From: an uncultured Gammaproteobacteria bacterium | GTDB taxonomy: Bacteria > Pseudomonadota > Gammaproteobacteria > JAURND01 | NCBI GenBank assembly: GCA_963813895.1 | Contig: CAWFAS010000002.1 | Coordinates: forward strand, 209,410-273,409 | DNA length: 64,000 nucleotides | Direction of reading: 5' to 3' | Shown: one piece after another, positions 19,613 through 29,329 of the stretch | Layout: the number at the start of each line of letters is the position of its first letter | How positions within the stretch are numbered: position 1 is the stretch's first letter | Position numbers and translations under genes: made by a program | Notes under the pieces: generated by a model | What the model was told of the DNA's origin: nothing | Database searches by the model: none | Seen by the model: the letters and a program-made list of their open reading frames with translations, nothing else

Positions 19613-19668
19613 CAGGTGACCTGCAGCAGGTCACCTGCAGCATATGACCTGCAGCATATCACCTGCTG
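19613..19668. repeat. 4 x 14-bp tandem repeat upstream of the ATPase
   Basis: CAGGTGACCTGCAG CAGGTCACCTGCAG CATATGACCTGCAG CATATCACCTGCTG. Confidence 0.9.
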
Positions 19669-19716
19669 CAAGTTGGGTCAAACTAGAGGGCATATTCCCA
19701 TTATCCTTTCCCGGGC

Positions 19717-20001
19717 TTGGCGCCCGCGTTGCTATTAGGTGCTGATTTAATTACCACCATGTCTCAAATTTTGGTTAACGCAACTGAAAAACAAGAGATC
19801 GCCCAGCATCTGCTGCAAAAAGAAGGTGGAAGCAATGACAATGAACGTCTTGATCAAATAAAAATTAAAAGCTTATTTGCTGACGAAAGCCAGCATGACA
19901 AGCTCTTGAATGCTTATTTGGAATTAGCCCAAAGGGCCCAGCAACAACAGGATGAGGATTGTGAAAATAATAGCGGATTAAGCAGGGTGCTTCGCTCTTA
20001 A
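19717..20001 (+). CDS. Hypothetical protein or 3' gene fragment
   Basis: 94-codon ORF with protein-like composition, weak TTG start and no clear RBS. Confidence 0.35.
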   Translation: MAPALLLGADLITTMSQILVNATEKQEIAQHLLQKEGGSNDNERLDQIKIKSLFADESQHDKLLNAYLELAQRAQQQQDEDCENNSGLSRVLRS

Positions 20002-20024
20002 TTTTTTGGGTAACTCACCCCATA

Positions 20025-20053
20025 TATACCCGTTCCACATAGGAACGGGTATA
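20025..20053. repeat. 29-bp collapsed ERIC-like element (both ends, no body)
   Basis: TATACCCGTTCC-ACATA-GGAACGGGTATA matches the termini of the 32023-32313 element. Confidence 0.65.
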
Positions 20054-20177
20054 GAACACGTCGTCTCGACAGGGACGACGTACGAGTAGCTATAATTTTT
20101 GACTGTTATCACACTCTTTTATCCAGATTTACAACTGGATTTGGTATTGGGAAATGCGCTTACATGAAGCTCAATCG

Positions 20178-20946
20178 CTAGACAGCAATGGCCGAGGCAA
20201 AATAATGCTCAATGCCTTGTTGCCAAGGATAAACTGTTATGCCATCTAATTATTTACGATAAGGATCTCTACTGAAACACACCGCCTCACAATTGCCGAA
20301 ATCCTTGGCCAGCATCTTTAAATTTGTGCAATCCGCATACTGCACATTATCATTACTTTTAATTTCAATGAACAAAATCGGTTGACCCGGACGCTCAACC
20401 ACCAAATCAATTTCAGCCCCATCTTTAGTTTGTAGATATGAGAATCGGTATTCCCGATGAAAATAACTAGCTAACTGCCGGGATTGCAAAATGATGAAGT
20501 GCTCGAATACCTCGCCATACAGGCTGGTCCTCTCTTGTAACGGCAAAGATAATTGCGCAGTTAAAGCTCTGACTATACCTGGATCAAAAAAATAAAATTT
20601 GGGCGTTTTGCTTAAACGCTTACGAAAACAATGTTGAAATGCATTGAGAAAAAATCTCAATAGTAGTGGTTTCAATCAAATCATGCACTACATCCAAGAG
20701 CTTTGGCAATTTTTGTACTTGATCAATAATAACATGTTGAATGCGGTCAGGAAGTGCCCGAACTATAGCGGCCAATTCATCAGGATTTCTGTCAAAGCGG
20801 TTTTCTTCGGCAGGGCTGAGCAGATTAAGATATAAGGCATTAGAAAACCCGGGTAACTGTTTCACGAGGGTGGTTTTACCTGTGGCTCGCGGACCAAATA
20901 AGAAAAAACTCTCATCTTCAGGTAATTTTAACAGTCGATGTAGCAT
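20178..20946 (-). pseudogene. AAA_14/DUF4143-type ATPase pseudogene
   Basis: FFLFGPRATGKTT, IIDQVQK; jumps with a frameshift to KTPKFYFFDPG...FEH...EIDLVVE..IEIK; premature TAA at 20250-20252, then LDGITVYPWQQGIEHYF continues to TAG 20178. Confidence 0.85.
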
Positions 20947-20962
20947 TGAATTTACCCCCTCT

Positions 20963-21031
20963 GGCGACAATTTCTATCCTAAAGTACTAAATTGTTCGCC
21001 CATTTAGTATTTTAGGGAAGAAATAGTCGCC
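20963..21031. promoter_or_regulatory. Imperfect 30-bp inverted repeat upstream of the ATPase pseudogene
   Basis: GGCGACAATTTCTATCCTAAAGTACTAAAT-N9-ATTTAGTATTTTAGGGAAGAAATAGTCGCC. Confidence 0.55.
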
Positions 21032-21087
21032 GGACGGACGCAAACCTTGCTCAGTTACCGTATTAGGCAATGTTAGGCGTGACGTTG

Positions 21088-21459
21088 CTAAAAATTTGTC
21101 ATAGTTTCGGCTAATGACATTTCTAAGTTTTCAGTGGTAGATTTAAGCATTTCCAATGCTTTAAGTGTTTCGAGCTTAATGGATGTATCCATACCCGGCA
21201 TTAATAGATCCCATTTCTGTTTTCTAGAATCCATACTATTTCTCAAATCACGCAATTTAAACATGATATCACTTAGCTCTTCTTTATCATTTGGAAAGCT
21301 AGTTAATATCTTGACCTTTTCTTTGAGATAATTGACCTCTTTTGATAGCTCTTCGATATTATCAATAATTTCATTTTTAAGTGGTATTAATCTTTGTTGC
21401 ATTGTGGAGGTTTCTGGTTGATAAGCGATTGATTCTATTTTTCTCAATAAATTTGCCAT
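21088..21459 (-). CDS. Hypothetical coiled-coil protein
   Basis: 123-aa ORF, GAGGAG RBS, heptad pattern. Confidence 0.75.
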   Translation of the reverse strand: MANLLRKIESIAYQPETSTMQQRLIPLKNEIIDNIEELSKEVNYLKEKVKILTSFPNDKEELSDIMFKLRDLRNSMDSRKQKWDLLMPGMDTSIKLETLKALEMLKSTTENLEMSLAETMTNF

Positions 21460-21572
21460 AAATTATCTCCTCTTTATATATAAAATTATAGCAAACTAAT
21501 TAGCCGTGCGTACTTTACAGCCATTAATATTTAGGGCCTATTCACAATTCGCAATCACTTCACGCCATGCAC

Positions 21573-21605
21573 AATAATATTTTGTTAATAATTTCAAGTT
21601 ATTAT
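21573..21605 (+). promoter_or_regulatory. PmrA-type box with -10 element
   Basis: AATAATATT-tt-GTTAATAAT-N7-TATTAT, same spacing as the box at 10087. Confidence 0.5.
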
Positions 21606-21658
21606 GGAATTTACCTATTTATAATCTTGAACTAAATATAATCGTGAGGAGCTATTTT

Positions 21659-23947
21659 ATGAGGTCAGACAACGAAAACACTTCAACAAGTGAATCTAAT
21701 CCCGTAGAAGAACGTACAAATAACACACTATTAAGCAGTTATTCTTCTTCACATTCTTCTTCAACGCTCATTTCATCTACTCCTCAGCCCCCTACCAGCT
21801 CTTCTCCAGCTCCAGGGTTCATTCCAACCTGGGTTCAGCAGCCCTCTAGTTCCGTTGAGATTGCTAGCACCCTTTCGCTTTCAGAGCTCAATCTACCTCT
21901 TCGCCAATCTTCTACAGCCCCCCCAGCCCATAAAGTTGCCAGCTCTAGCCGGATCAATTTTGATCGCTCTTTGTTAAATGATGAGAATTCCAAAGGTATT
22001 GATGCATTTACAAAACTTTTTCCCTTGGCAACTATGGAGGAGTACTTAATCTTCTGTATTTTGAGTGAAATTAAAAATAAAAAAACAGTGAATGGTTTTA
22101 TTAGCCAGTCTGGGCGCCCCCAAGAATGGAGTTTGTCCAAGATTGTTAATCAAATACAGGACTTTGATCTTCGAGTAATACGAGATAAGCTTTTAACATA
22201 TAAGAGTAAGATGTACTCATGGTCTTTTGATAACACAGCTGGAAATGATCCTAAATATAAAAATAGATTAGATGACAAAATTACGGCTGCGGAGAAATTT
22301 TTGGTGAAATTCTCAACGGCTATTGAAAAACTTAAATCTAGTGATCTTGATTCAATAAATCACGATTCCACGGTTTCAGCCCTAAAAAATCTTAGACAAA
22401 TCGACGGTTTTGCACAGGCTACCATTGAAGATTATAAACACCTGATTAAAATTTCTGTGCAGAATAGGTTACAAAGTAGTACGCGTACTAAACCTAATAG
22501 ATTGCCAACATTGGAGTTATCTGGTAACAAATATAAATGCTGGTCTAAAGAAACCATTAAAGAGATGTTGAAATCTATAACCCCAGCACGAGTTAATAGT
22601 TTTTTTCCAAGTAATCCAGGAAAGAGGTGTCCACGAGCACACTTTCGGAAGGATGCTATACGGGTTTTGCAAAAATTCCAAAGCTACTTTTTAGCCCATG
22701 CTTGGAAACCTGAGGATTTCAATATTAAAGGGGTACCAGCGCCCTTCTCGCGCACAACCACCCGCAAAAAAGCAATAAAGCAGACAAAGGGAATGCTGTT
22801 AGATGCTAAACAGCGCAAAGAGGATTCCAATATTAAAGGGGTACCAGCGCCCTTCTCGCAAGAAACCACCCGCCAAGAAGCAATAAATCAGGCAGCGGAA
22901 ATGCTGTTAGATGCTAAACAGCGCAAAGAGGATTTCAATATTAAAGGGGTACCGGTACCAGCGCCCTTCTCGCAAGAAACCACCCGCCAAGAAGCAATAA
23001 ATCAGGCAGCGGAAATGCTGTTAGATGCTAAACAGCGCAAAGAGGTAACTAGGCAGAGCTCATTAGGACATGAGCCACTTAATTTCAGTTCTGCGCCCTT
23101 TCCCGGCGACATTAGTGCTCCAGTAGGAAACTCTTCTCGTTTACCAGGTATTTCTTTAGGTATGGGTTCTAATCCTAGTAATGTAATTAGTTACCCTCGT
23201 CCTTTTTTTATCAACAGCAGCTTATTCAGCAATGTCCCATTACAAACACCCCTAACTTCAGAGAGTTTATTTCTCAATAATGTCAATTCTGCGCCTCTTC
23301 CCACCCACATCAGTGCTCCAGCAGGAAACCCTTTTCATTACTCGGGTATTTTTTTAGGCAGGGGTTCTAATTATCCTCTTAATACGATGAGTTGCCCTAA
23401 TTCTTTTTCTTTCAACAGTGGTTATTTCAGCAATCTTCCAGCACCCATACCCCTCACTTCTAAAAATCCATTGCTCATTAGTTCTACCTCTCCTCATCAA
23501 CTAGAGCAAAAGCTAAATAATAATAGTCCTGTGATTTTTCCCAGCAACATCAGTGCTCCAGAAGCAAGCTCTAACAGCTCTTCCAGCAGCGCCCCAACTC
23601 CAAGGAGTGCGTTCAGTGCGTTCACTAATTCGACCTCGCAGGCCCAATTATTAGGGAAACGCCATTTCTCTGAAGAGCTTAGACAGCCGTCTGAGAAAAA
23701 AAATAGATCCAATCCATTAGAGCTTCTTGCTAGTGCACCAGCTGATCCACAGCCAATAGAGAATCGATTAGATGTTCTTGCCCATGTGGCACTTGATAAT
23801 AAACATCCAAGAAAATCTCAACAATCCAGAATAAATTTTTTTCCGCTCCCTCGGAGGGAACAACCCTCTGAAACTATAGCTAGCCAAACTACTAACAAAA
23901 ACGACGACTCCGCACAAAGTGAATCTTATGATAATAAAACGAAATAA
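21659..23947 (+). CDS. Hypothetical Ser/Pro-rich repeat protein; candidate effector
   Basis: Long ORF, GAGGAG RBS before ATG 21659, disordered termini, internal repeats. Confidence 0.8.
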   Translation: MRSDNENTSTSESNPVEERTNNTLLSSYSSSHSSSTLISSTPQPPTSSSPAPGFIPTWVQQPSSSVEIASTLSLSELNLPLRQSSTAPPAHKVASSSRINFDRSLLNDENSKGIDAFTKLFPLATMEEYLIFCILSEIKNKKTVNGFISQSGRPQEWSLSKIVNQIQDFDLRVIRDKLLTYKSKMYSWSFDNTAGNDPKYKNRLDDKITAAEKFLVKFSTAIEKLKSSDLDSINHDSTVSALKNLRQIDGFAQATIEDYKHLIKISVQNRLQSSTRTKPNRLPTLELSGNKYKCWSKETIKEMLKSITPARVNSFFPSNPGKRCPRAHFRKDAIRVLQKFQSYFLAHAWKPEDFNIKGVPAPFSRTTTRKKAIKQTKGMLLDAKQRKEDSNIKGVPAPFSQETTRQEAINQAAEMLLDAKQRKEDFNIKGVPVPAPFSQETTRQEAINQAAEMLLDAKQRKEVTRQSSLGHEPLNFSSAPFPGDISAPVGNSSRLPGISLGMGSNPSNVISYPRPFFINSSLFSNVPLQTPLTSESLFLNNVNSAPLPTHISAPAGNPFHYSGIFLGRGSNYPLNTMSCPNSFSFNSGYFSNLPAPIPLTSKNPLLISSTSPHQLEQKLNNNSPVIFPSNISAPEASSNSSSSSAPTPRSAFSAFTNSTSQAQLLGKRHFSEELRQPSEKKNRSNPLELLASAPADPQPIENRLDVLAHVALDNKHPRKSQQSRINFFPLPRREQPSETIASQTTNKNDDSAQSESYDNKTK
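22712..23041 (+). repeat. Intragenic tandem repeat of 108, 108 and 114 bp
   Basis: Units start at 22712, 22820 and 22928, encoding EDFNIKGVPAPFS.ETTR..AI.Q...MLLDAKQRK. Confidence 0.95.
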
Positions 23948-23973
23948 GACGGGAAAGAGTATTGTTGATCAAT

Positions 23974-23998
23974 CGAAATCCTAAGTGTATCGGGTATA
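23974..23998 (+). repeat. Solo right end of the ERIC-like MITE
   Basis: CGAAATCCTAAGTGTATCGGGTATA versus CGAAATCCTAAGTGGAATGGGTATA at the end of 32023-32313. Confidence 0.7.
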
Positions 23999-24103
23999 TT
24001 TCTTCTAATATTTTTCGTAAATTGGGCTTGTCATAAATCCCGTGTTCGCGCATGATAGTTCGTAGCGTTGAACAGCACTCATCGGTGAGCATTAGTCGGA
24101 CAT
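23997..24103 (-). pseudogene. N-terminal remnant of an IS5-family transposase
   Basis: MS(frameshift)RLMLTDECCSTLRTIMREHGIYDKPNLRKILEEI resembles the MPRLML.DE.W..L...GIYDKPNLR..VEGILYR start of IS5/IS427-like transposases. Confidence 0.7.
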
Positions 24104-24159
24104 TGCAAAGCGGAAGTAATTTTTTGGGTTGGTGCGTTTTGAAAGTGATGCATATCTTA

Positions 24160-24448
24160 GGCTCTGTAAAACAATAACCTATCTTTTTAGCGCCCAGATG
24201 AGACTCAGATTTGCAGACGGGAGGGGGTAGAAAAATGCGCGCATAGTCGACGGAACGTCGTCCCGGCAGGAAGCCGGGATCCAGGGCGCAGGAAAGCGAA
24301 ACTTTCACATCCTGTGATCTGGATCCCGGCTTCCATGCCGGGACGACTACGTCGGTTGTTCTATGTAAGTGTTTTTCTATCCCCTCCCGCCTGCGAAGAT
24401 GGGTCTTAGATGGGATGTTAAAAAGATAGGTTATTGTTTTACAGAGCC
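24160..24448 (-). mobile_element. 289-bp MITE, copy 2 (inverted relative to 9581-9869)
   Basis: Same termini, same length, TTA on both flanks. Confidence 0.9.
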
Positions 24449-24477
24449 TTAGAGAGGGCAGTGATCGCTGAAGCTTA

Positions 24478-24507
24478 GGCAACGCTTGCTGACGCGTGCG
24501 GCTCGGA
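24478..24507 (-). repeat. Single CCGAGCCGC-type REP arm
   Basis: GGCAACGCTTGCTGACGCGTGCGGCTCGGA, inverse of the arm at 9512-9541. Confidence 0.75.
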
Positions 24508-24617
24508 TTCTTCTTACGTGATAACCGAATATTTACGAGTTGTTAAACAAGCCCTCCTTTTGTTAAAAAAATATATCAGCCAAATTCTCTCAAAAATGCC
24601 AAATAGAGCTATAAAAA

Positions 24618-26315
24618 ATGAAAAATGGCCGGATTCTCATAGGTGGGTTGTTTTTTTTTATTAGTCTGAGCAGTATCGCGCAAAACTCCACCCAACTGGA
24701 AATTACCGGCGTAACAGACGAGGCAAAAAAAAATATCGAATCCCGTTTAGAGATTTTAATTGCCGACAACTCTAAAGAAGGCATAACCCGACTTTATAAT
24801 GAAGCACCTGAAGAGATCCAGACTGCATTACAACCTTTTGGTTATTTCAAAGCAATTGTCCAATCAGCCGGATTGATACAGGTGAAAGACCATTGGCTTA
24901 TGAAGTTCCATATTCTCACAGGACCTAAATTAAATATTGGTGTTTTGGATATAAAAATTAGCGGAGATGCAGCGAATGATCCTTCCTTTAAGAAGATTCT
25001 GGCCAATTTCCCTTTAGTTCGGGGGCAGGGATTTTCAGTAAATAAATACAATGAAGCCAAAAAAATTCTACTGAACACTGCCCTGAATCGAGGCTACTTT
25101 GATGCCGAAATGACTAATAACCAAGTGGTAATTGACTTGCAGCACTATACTGCGAGCATTACTTTGCATTTTGATTCCGGCACTCACTATAAATTTGGCG
25201 ACATTTTTTTTAACGCCAATCCCTATGATATAAATTTTCTGCGGCGTTATGCTCCTTTTCAAATCAATGAATATTATAGCGCCGCTAAGGTTCAGGATTA
25301 TCAACAAGCCTTAAGCACCAGTGATTATTTCAAAGAAGTGCTAGTTGAGCCTGACCTAGAACAAAAAACAGATGCTCATGTTCCTGTTAAGGTGAACGTA
25401 ATTCCTCTGCCAGCCAGGCAATATAGTTTTGGTTTGGGATATGGCACGGATACTGGCCCACGTGGTCTAATTAATTTTGAATCTCGTCGAATCACTGATG
25501 ATGGACAGCGTTTCAAAGCGCAATTGGAAGCGTCACCGGTGGTGACCAATTTGCAGGCTAATTATTTCATTCCTGGAAAGAATCCCACGGATCAAAAATA
25601 CGTGCTGAGTGCCGCTACGCAACAGGAATTTTTCCCGGTGGGCAAAGGGGATTTAGTCAAATTAGGCGCAAGTTACGTCACCACCCTGCATAAATGGCAG
25701 CAAATTATTTCACTCGCTTTACAGCGTGAACACTGGTCACTGGAAAGTCAGCCTTATCAAACTGAGTTAATGTTAATTCCTAGCATCAATTGGCAGAGAA
25801 TTGTGCAAAATGACCCTTTACATCCCTCCCGTGGCAGTCGTATCAATTTTGGTGTCCTAGCAGCACCTGATTTATTTGGTAACGCTGCCTTTGTACAAGC
25901 CCAATTAAAAATAAAGGCGATTTATCCCATTTTTGAAAATAGCCGCATTCTGGTGCGCACTAATTTCGGTTACACTGCTATTAATCATATAGCTCAACTG
26001 CCTTTATCACTACAATTTCTAGCGGGCGGCAGTGACAGTATTCGAGGATATGCTTTTAATTCTATTGGCCCTGGCTCAAAAATATTTGTTAGCAGCCTAG
26101 AATATCGGCAACGTGTCAAAGAGGATTGGTATGCCGCGGCTTTTTTTGATGCCGGTAATGTGAGCAATGGTCTTTTAAATAAGTTAAAAAAAGGCATAGG
26201 CTTGGGCGCAGTATGGCAATCCCCAGTAGGGACTTTAGAATTAACTTTAGCGAAGGCATTGGATCTTGCAGGGAAACCTCTGGTAGTACAATTTAGCATG
26301 GGCTCTGATTTATGA
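24618..26315 (+). CDS. tamA: Translocation and assembly module outer-membrane subunit
   Basis: ALQPFGYF, GLGYGTDTGPRG, FLAGGSDSIRGY, WQSPVG, C-terminal MGSDL. Confidence 0.92.
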   Translation: MKNGRILIGGLFFFISLSSIAQNSTQLEITGVTDEAKKNIESRLEILIADNSKEGITRLYNEAPEEIQTALQPFGYFKAIVQSAGLIQVKDHWLMKFHILTGPKLNIGVLDIKISGDAANDPSFKKILANFPLVRGQGFSVNKYNEAKKILLNTALNRGYFDAEMTNNQVVIDLQHYTASITLHFDSGTHYKFGDIFFNANPYDINFLRRYAPFQINEYYSAAKVQDYQQALSTSDYFKEVLVEPDLEQKTDAHVPVKVNVIPLPARQYSFGLGYGTDTGPRGLINFESRRITDDGQRFKAQLEASPVVTNLQANYFIPGKNPTDQKYVLSAATQQEFFPVGKGDLVKLGASYVTTLHKWQQIISLALQREHWSLESQPYQTELMLIPSINWQRIVQNDPLHPSRGSRINFGVLAAPDLFGNAAFVQAQLKIKAIYPIFENSRILVRTNFGYTAINHIAQLPLSLQFLAGGSDSIRGYAFNSIGPGSKIFVSSLEYRQRVKEDWYAAAFFDAGNVSNGLLNKLKKGIGLGAVWQSPVGTLELTLAKALDLAGKPLVVQFSMGSDL

Positions 26316-29182
26316 TCACTGCATTACGAAAACTTTTTTTGGCTATATTGTTGCTTCTGTTGATGGTTGGGATGGGTATTTACCTGCTGATAGCTACAGA
26401 AGTCGGGACCCAATTCACCTTGCAGACTATAACAAAATTAACTTCCATTCCCCTCACATACGGGCAGGTAACCGGTAGTCTAATCGGAACCTTCACCTTA
26501 AATAACATTTCTTATAAAACCTCTTCTCTCAGTATATCTATTGATCATTTGGCGGTTAAATGGCATCCCTTAGAACTTCTGCACGGGAAAATATTAGTAG
26601 ATAATTTGACTTTAAATACTGCCCTTACGCATATTTCGAGCGCAGCGCCAAAAAAAGTGACACAAACATCGCAGCAGAATATTCCCCAAAAAATATCATG
26701 GCCGTTGCCCTTTTCCGTGCAGATTAACCAGCTGGATTTGAAAAATATAACCGTTATCACTGGCGATCCACAACAGCCCATTCATTTAAATAGTTTAGCG
26801 GGGGAAATTAAAGCTGATAAATTTTTTAATGCGGATATTATTGCAGATTTTTCCTCACCTACTGTGATCACAACTCACTTTACAATTAAAGGAAACCCAG
26901 ACGCTTATCAATTTCAGCTCAGCTTAAATAATTCCTTGTCTAATTGGCTACTGAAAGGTTCAGGAAATCAAAACAGCCTTTCATTAACAACTGAAGAAAG
27001 CAAACTATTGGGAGGGCAACTTTCTGGAGCAAGTAAGCTGCAATGGTTTCCAGAGTTGCGCTGGGATTTTTCTATGAACGCTAGTGCAGTAAATTTAAAC
27101 CTGATTAGCGCAGATCTGCCTAAAAATCTCAGCTTTAGTGCTGTCAGCCAAGGGAGTCTCAAAGCTTTCAATTTGTTTGTAACCGGCTTACAAGGTAATT
27201 TAAAAAATTATCCATTACAAGGTTATCTAAAGATTATCAGTCAACAACAGAATAACCCATTGAACATTACCACAGGTCATGAAGCCAATCTAGGTTGGTG
27301 GGATTATTTTCAGCGTAGGAATTTAAATTTAGATGCTCAGCTACAACTAGGCACTGCGATTGCTAATATTAAAGGTAATTTGACCGAGCAGTGGAATTTG
27401 CAATTTAAACTTATTGCGGATGAACTGCATAAGTTAACACCAGAACTAAGCGGCAATTTTAAACTGCAAGGTATTATCAGCGGTGATGCCAAACGTCCAG
27501 AAATAAATGCCAAAATATCACTGCAGCAATTAAAATTTAAATCCCTGCCAGATGCTATATTCCAGGGTGATCTTTCTTTGCTGGCATCTTTAGCGCCTAC
27601 AAATAAAGCATGTGAGCTTTTCAGTAATTATAAAAATTGCAGTATATCTTCACTAATAAAATTAACTCAAGGTCAGATTAATTATAAATTAAATAATAAA
27701 AAAATAAATTTTCCTGTCGCGGCAACATTGGATTCACGTTACGATCCCAAAGGTCTGAACTCTAGTCTAGACTTATCGTTGTATGGCAAAAAGTTTTTAG
27801 GCTTACAGCTTGGCTTACCCAATTATAAACTGACCTTTCCGTTACCAGCGGAACAACCCATTTACGGCAAATTAGTGGCTAGTTTAGATCAAAATCAATT
27901 AAGCGAATTTTTGCCATCCGACATTCAGGCTACAAATACTGCATTAACAGCCAATATACAACTCTCTGGCACTATCAATAAACCCAATTTGCACGGTTTA
28001 ATTAATCTAAAAAATGACAGTACGGCTATTCCCGCAGTAGCTATTAAATTAATGGGACTCAATATCAACCTGATATTAGATAACGATGTCATTAATTATT
28101 CTGGAGGAGTTAAATCAGGGGCAGGTCATTTGCAGCTAAAAGGCACGAGCCTGCTAACCAATCACGGCTTGGATTCAAATATTGCTATTACTGGAACAGC
28201 ATTTCAAGTGAGTAATACACCTAAAATGCAAATAGTAGTCGCCCCCGAACTGACTATTTTAAGTGATAGCAAAGGGTGGCGTATCAGTGGCAACGTTCTG
28301 GTTCCCTCAGCAACTATTAAACAAAGCGATCTCAATCAGACTATTACTTTGCCTCCAGAAACTATTATTATCGACCCTGAGGGGCAAATACAACAATCTC
28401 AGAGCCTCCCCATTGATACCCTCGTCACAGTGGAGCTTGGCAATAATGTTCAAATTGATGCCAGTGGACTCAGCGGACAGGTAGTGGGGAAATTACATAT
28501 CGTCGATGACTCACAAGGTACTACCATTGGAACTGGAACACTTAACCTGGTTAATGCCAGCTATAATTTACAAGGGGAAAAGTTGGCGATTAGCCAGGGG
28601 GATATTATTTTTACGAATAGTCCTATCGACAACCCGCAACTCGATATCCGCGCTGCCAAAAAAATTGATTACAGCTCTCAGGAGCAAATTTTTTCCCAAG
28701 AAGACAATTTAACAGTGGGGATTTCCGTTAGAGGAACGGTTGAAGATCCGAAAATAACACTTTTTTCTGATCCAACAGGTTGGTCACAAGCAGACATTTT
28801 ATCCTTAATCCTGCTGGGTCAGCCTGCGACTATGGCTTCAAGTTCCCAGATACAATTATTGGCTCGCGCTGCACAGGCATTGACATCTAAAAATGGCAAC
28901 GGAATTAATTCTTTCACGCAGCAATTACAGCATTTTTTTGGTTTGAATGAGTTGGATCTAAATTCTGAAGTAAATAATCAGTCCGGCAATTACTCACAAA
29001 GTACTTCGGTGGTACTCGGGAAATCATTGTCGCGGCGACTGAAATTAAGTTATAGCTTAAATGTGTTCAATTCTATTAATACGTTACGCATACGTTACTT
29101 GTTAAGTAAACATTGGTTCGTACAAACGGAATCTAATACCATGGGTAAAGGGGCAGACATAATTTATACGGTAGGGAAATAG
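26312..29182 (+). CDS. tamB: Translocation and assembly module inner-membrane subunit
   Basis: N-terminal anchor, beta-rich body, NPQLDIRA, LFSDP...LSLILLG; coupled to tamA. Confidence 0.9.
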   Translation: MITALRKLFLAILLLLLMVGMGIYLLIATEVGTQFTLQTITKLTSIPLTYGQVTGSLIGTFTLNNISYKTSSLSISIDHLAVKWHPLELLHGKILVDNLTLNTALTHISSAAPKKVTQTSQQNIPQKISWPLPFSVQINQLDLKNITVITGDPQQPIHLNSLAGEIKADKFFNADIIADFSSPTVITTHFTIKGNPDAYQFQLSLNNSLSNWLLKGSGNQNSLSLTTEESKLLGGQLSGASKLQWFPELRWDFSMNASAVNLNLISADLPKNLSFSAVSQGSLKAFNLFVTGLQGNLKNYPLQGYLKIISQQQNNPLNITTGHEANLGWWDYFQRRNLNLDAQLQLGTAIANIKGNLTEQWNLQFKLIADELHKLTPELSGNFKLQGIISGDAKRPEINAKISLQQLKFKSLPDAIFQGDLSLLASLAPTNKACELFSNYKNCSISSLIKLTQGQINYKLNNKKINFPVAATLDSRYDPKGLNSSLDLSLYGKKFLGLQLGLPNYKLTFPLPAEQPIYGKLVASLDQNQLSEFLPSDIQATNTALTANIQLSGTINKPNLHGLINLKNDSTAIPAVAIKLMGLNINLILDNDVINYSGGVKSGAGHLQLKGTSLLTNHGLDSNIAITGTAFQVSNTPKMQIVVAPELTILSDSKGWRISGNVLVPSATIKQSDLNQTITLPPETIIIDPEGQIQQSQSLPIDTLVTVELGNNVQIDASGLSGQVVGKLHIVDDSQGTTIGTGTLNLVNASYNLQGEKLAISQGDIIFTNSPIDNPQLDIRAAKKIDYSSQEQIFSQEDNLTVGISVRGTVEDPKITLFSDPTGWSQADILSLILLGQPATMASSSQIQLLARAAQALTSKNGNGINSFTQQLQHFFGLNELDLNSEVNNQSGNYSQSTSVVLGKSLSRRLKLSYSLNVFNSINTLRIRYLLSKHWFVQTESNTMGKGADIIYTVGK

Positions 29183-29311
29183 TAACTGCTCACGTCATAG
29201 CCAGCTCAGTCCCGTCGTCCCGCGGCTTGTCCGCGGGATCCAGGAAAAAGCTGAGAAATCTCATTTCTGGATCCCGCGGACAAGCCGCGGGACGACGGAG
29301 TGAGCAGTTAC
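29182..29311. mobile_element. 130-bp IS66-like MITE with 8-bp TSD carrying an RPE/REP-like doublet
   Basis: GTAACTGCTCAC...GTGAGCAGTTAC termini; GGGAAATA at 29174-29181 and 29312-29319; internal GTCGTCCCGCGGCTTGTCCGCGGGATCCAG and its inverse. Confidence 0.9.
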
Positions 29312-29329
29312 GGGAAATAAGGAACTTTT

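Noticed and set aside
19613-19668. CRISPR array
   Set aside because: Contiguous 14-bp units, no spacers and no cas genes
22712-23041. CRISPR-like or non-coding repeat
   Set aside because: In-frame intragenic tandem repeat with no unique spacers
23892-24482. 196-aa minus-strand ORF as a real gene
   Set aside because: Chimera of MITE sequence, IS5 relic and antisense effector tail
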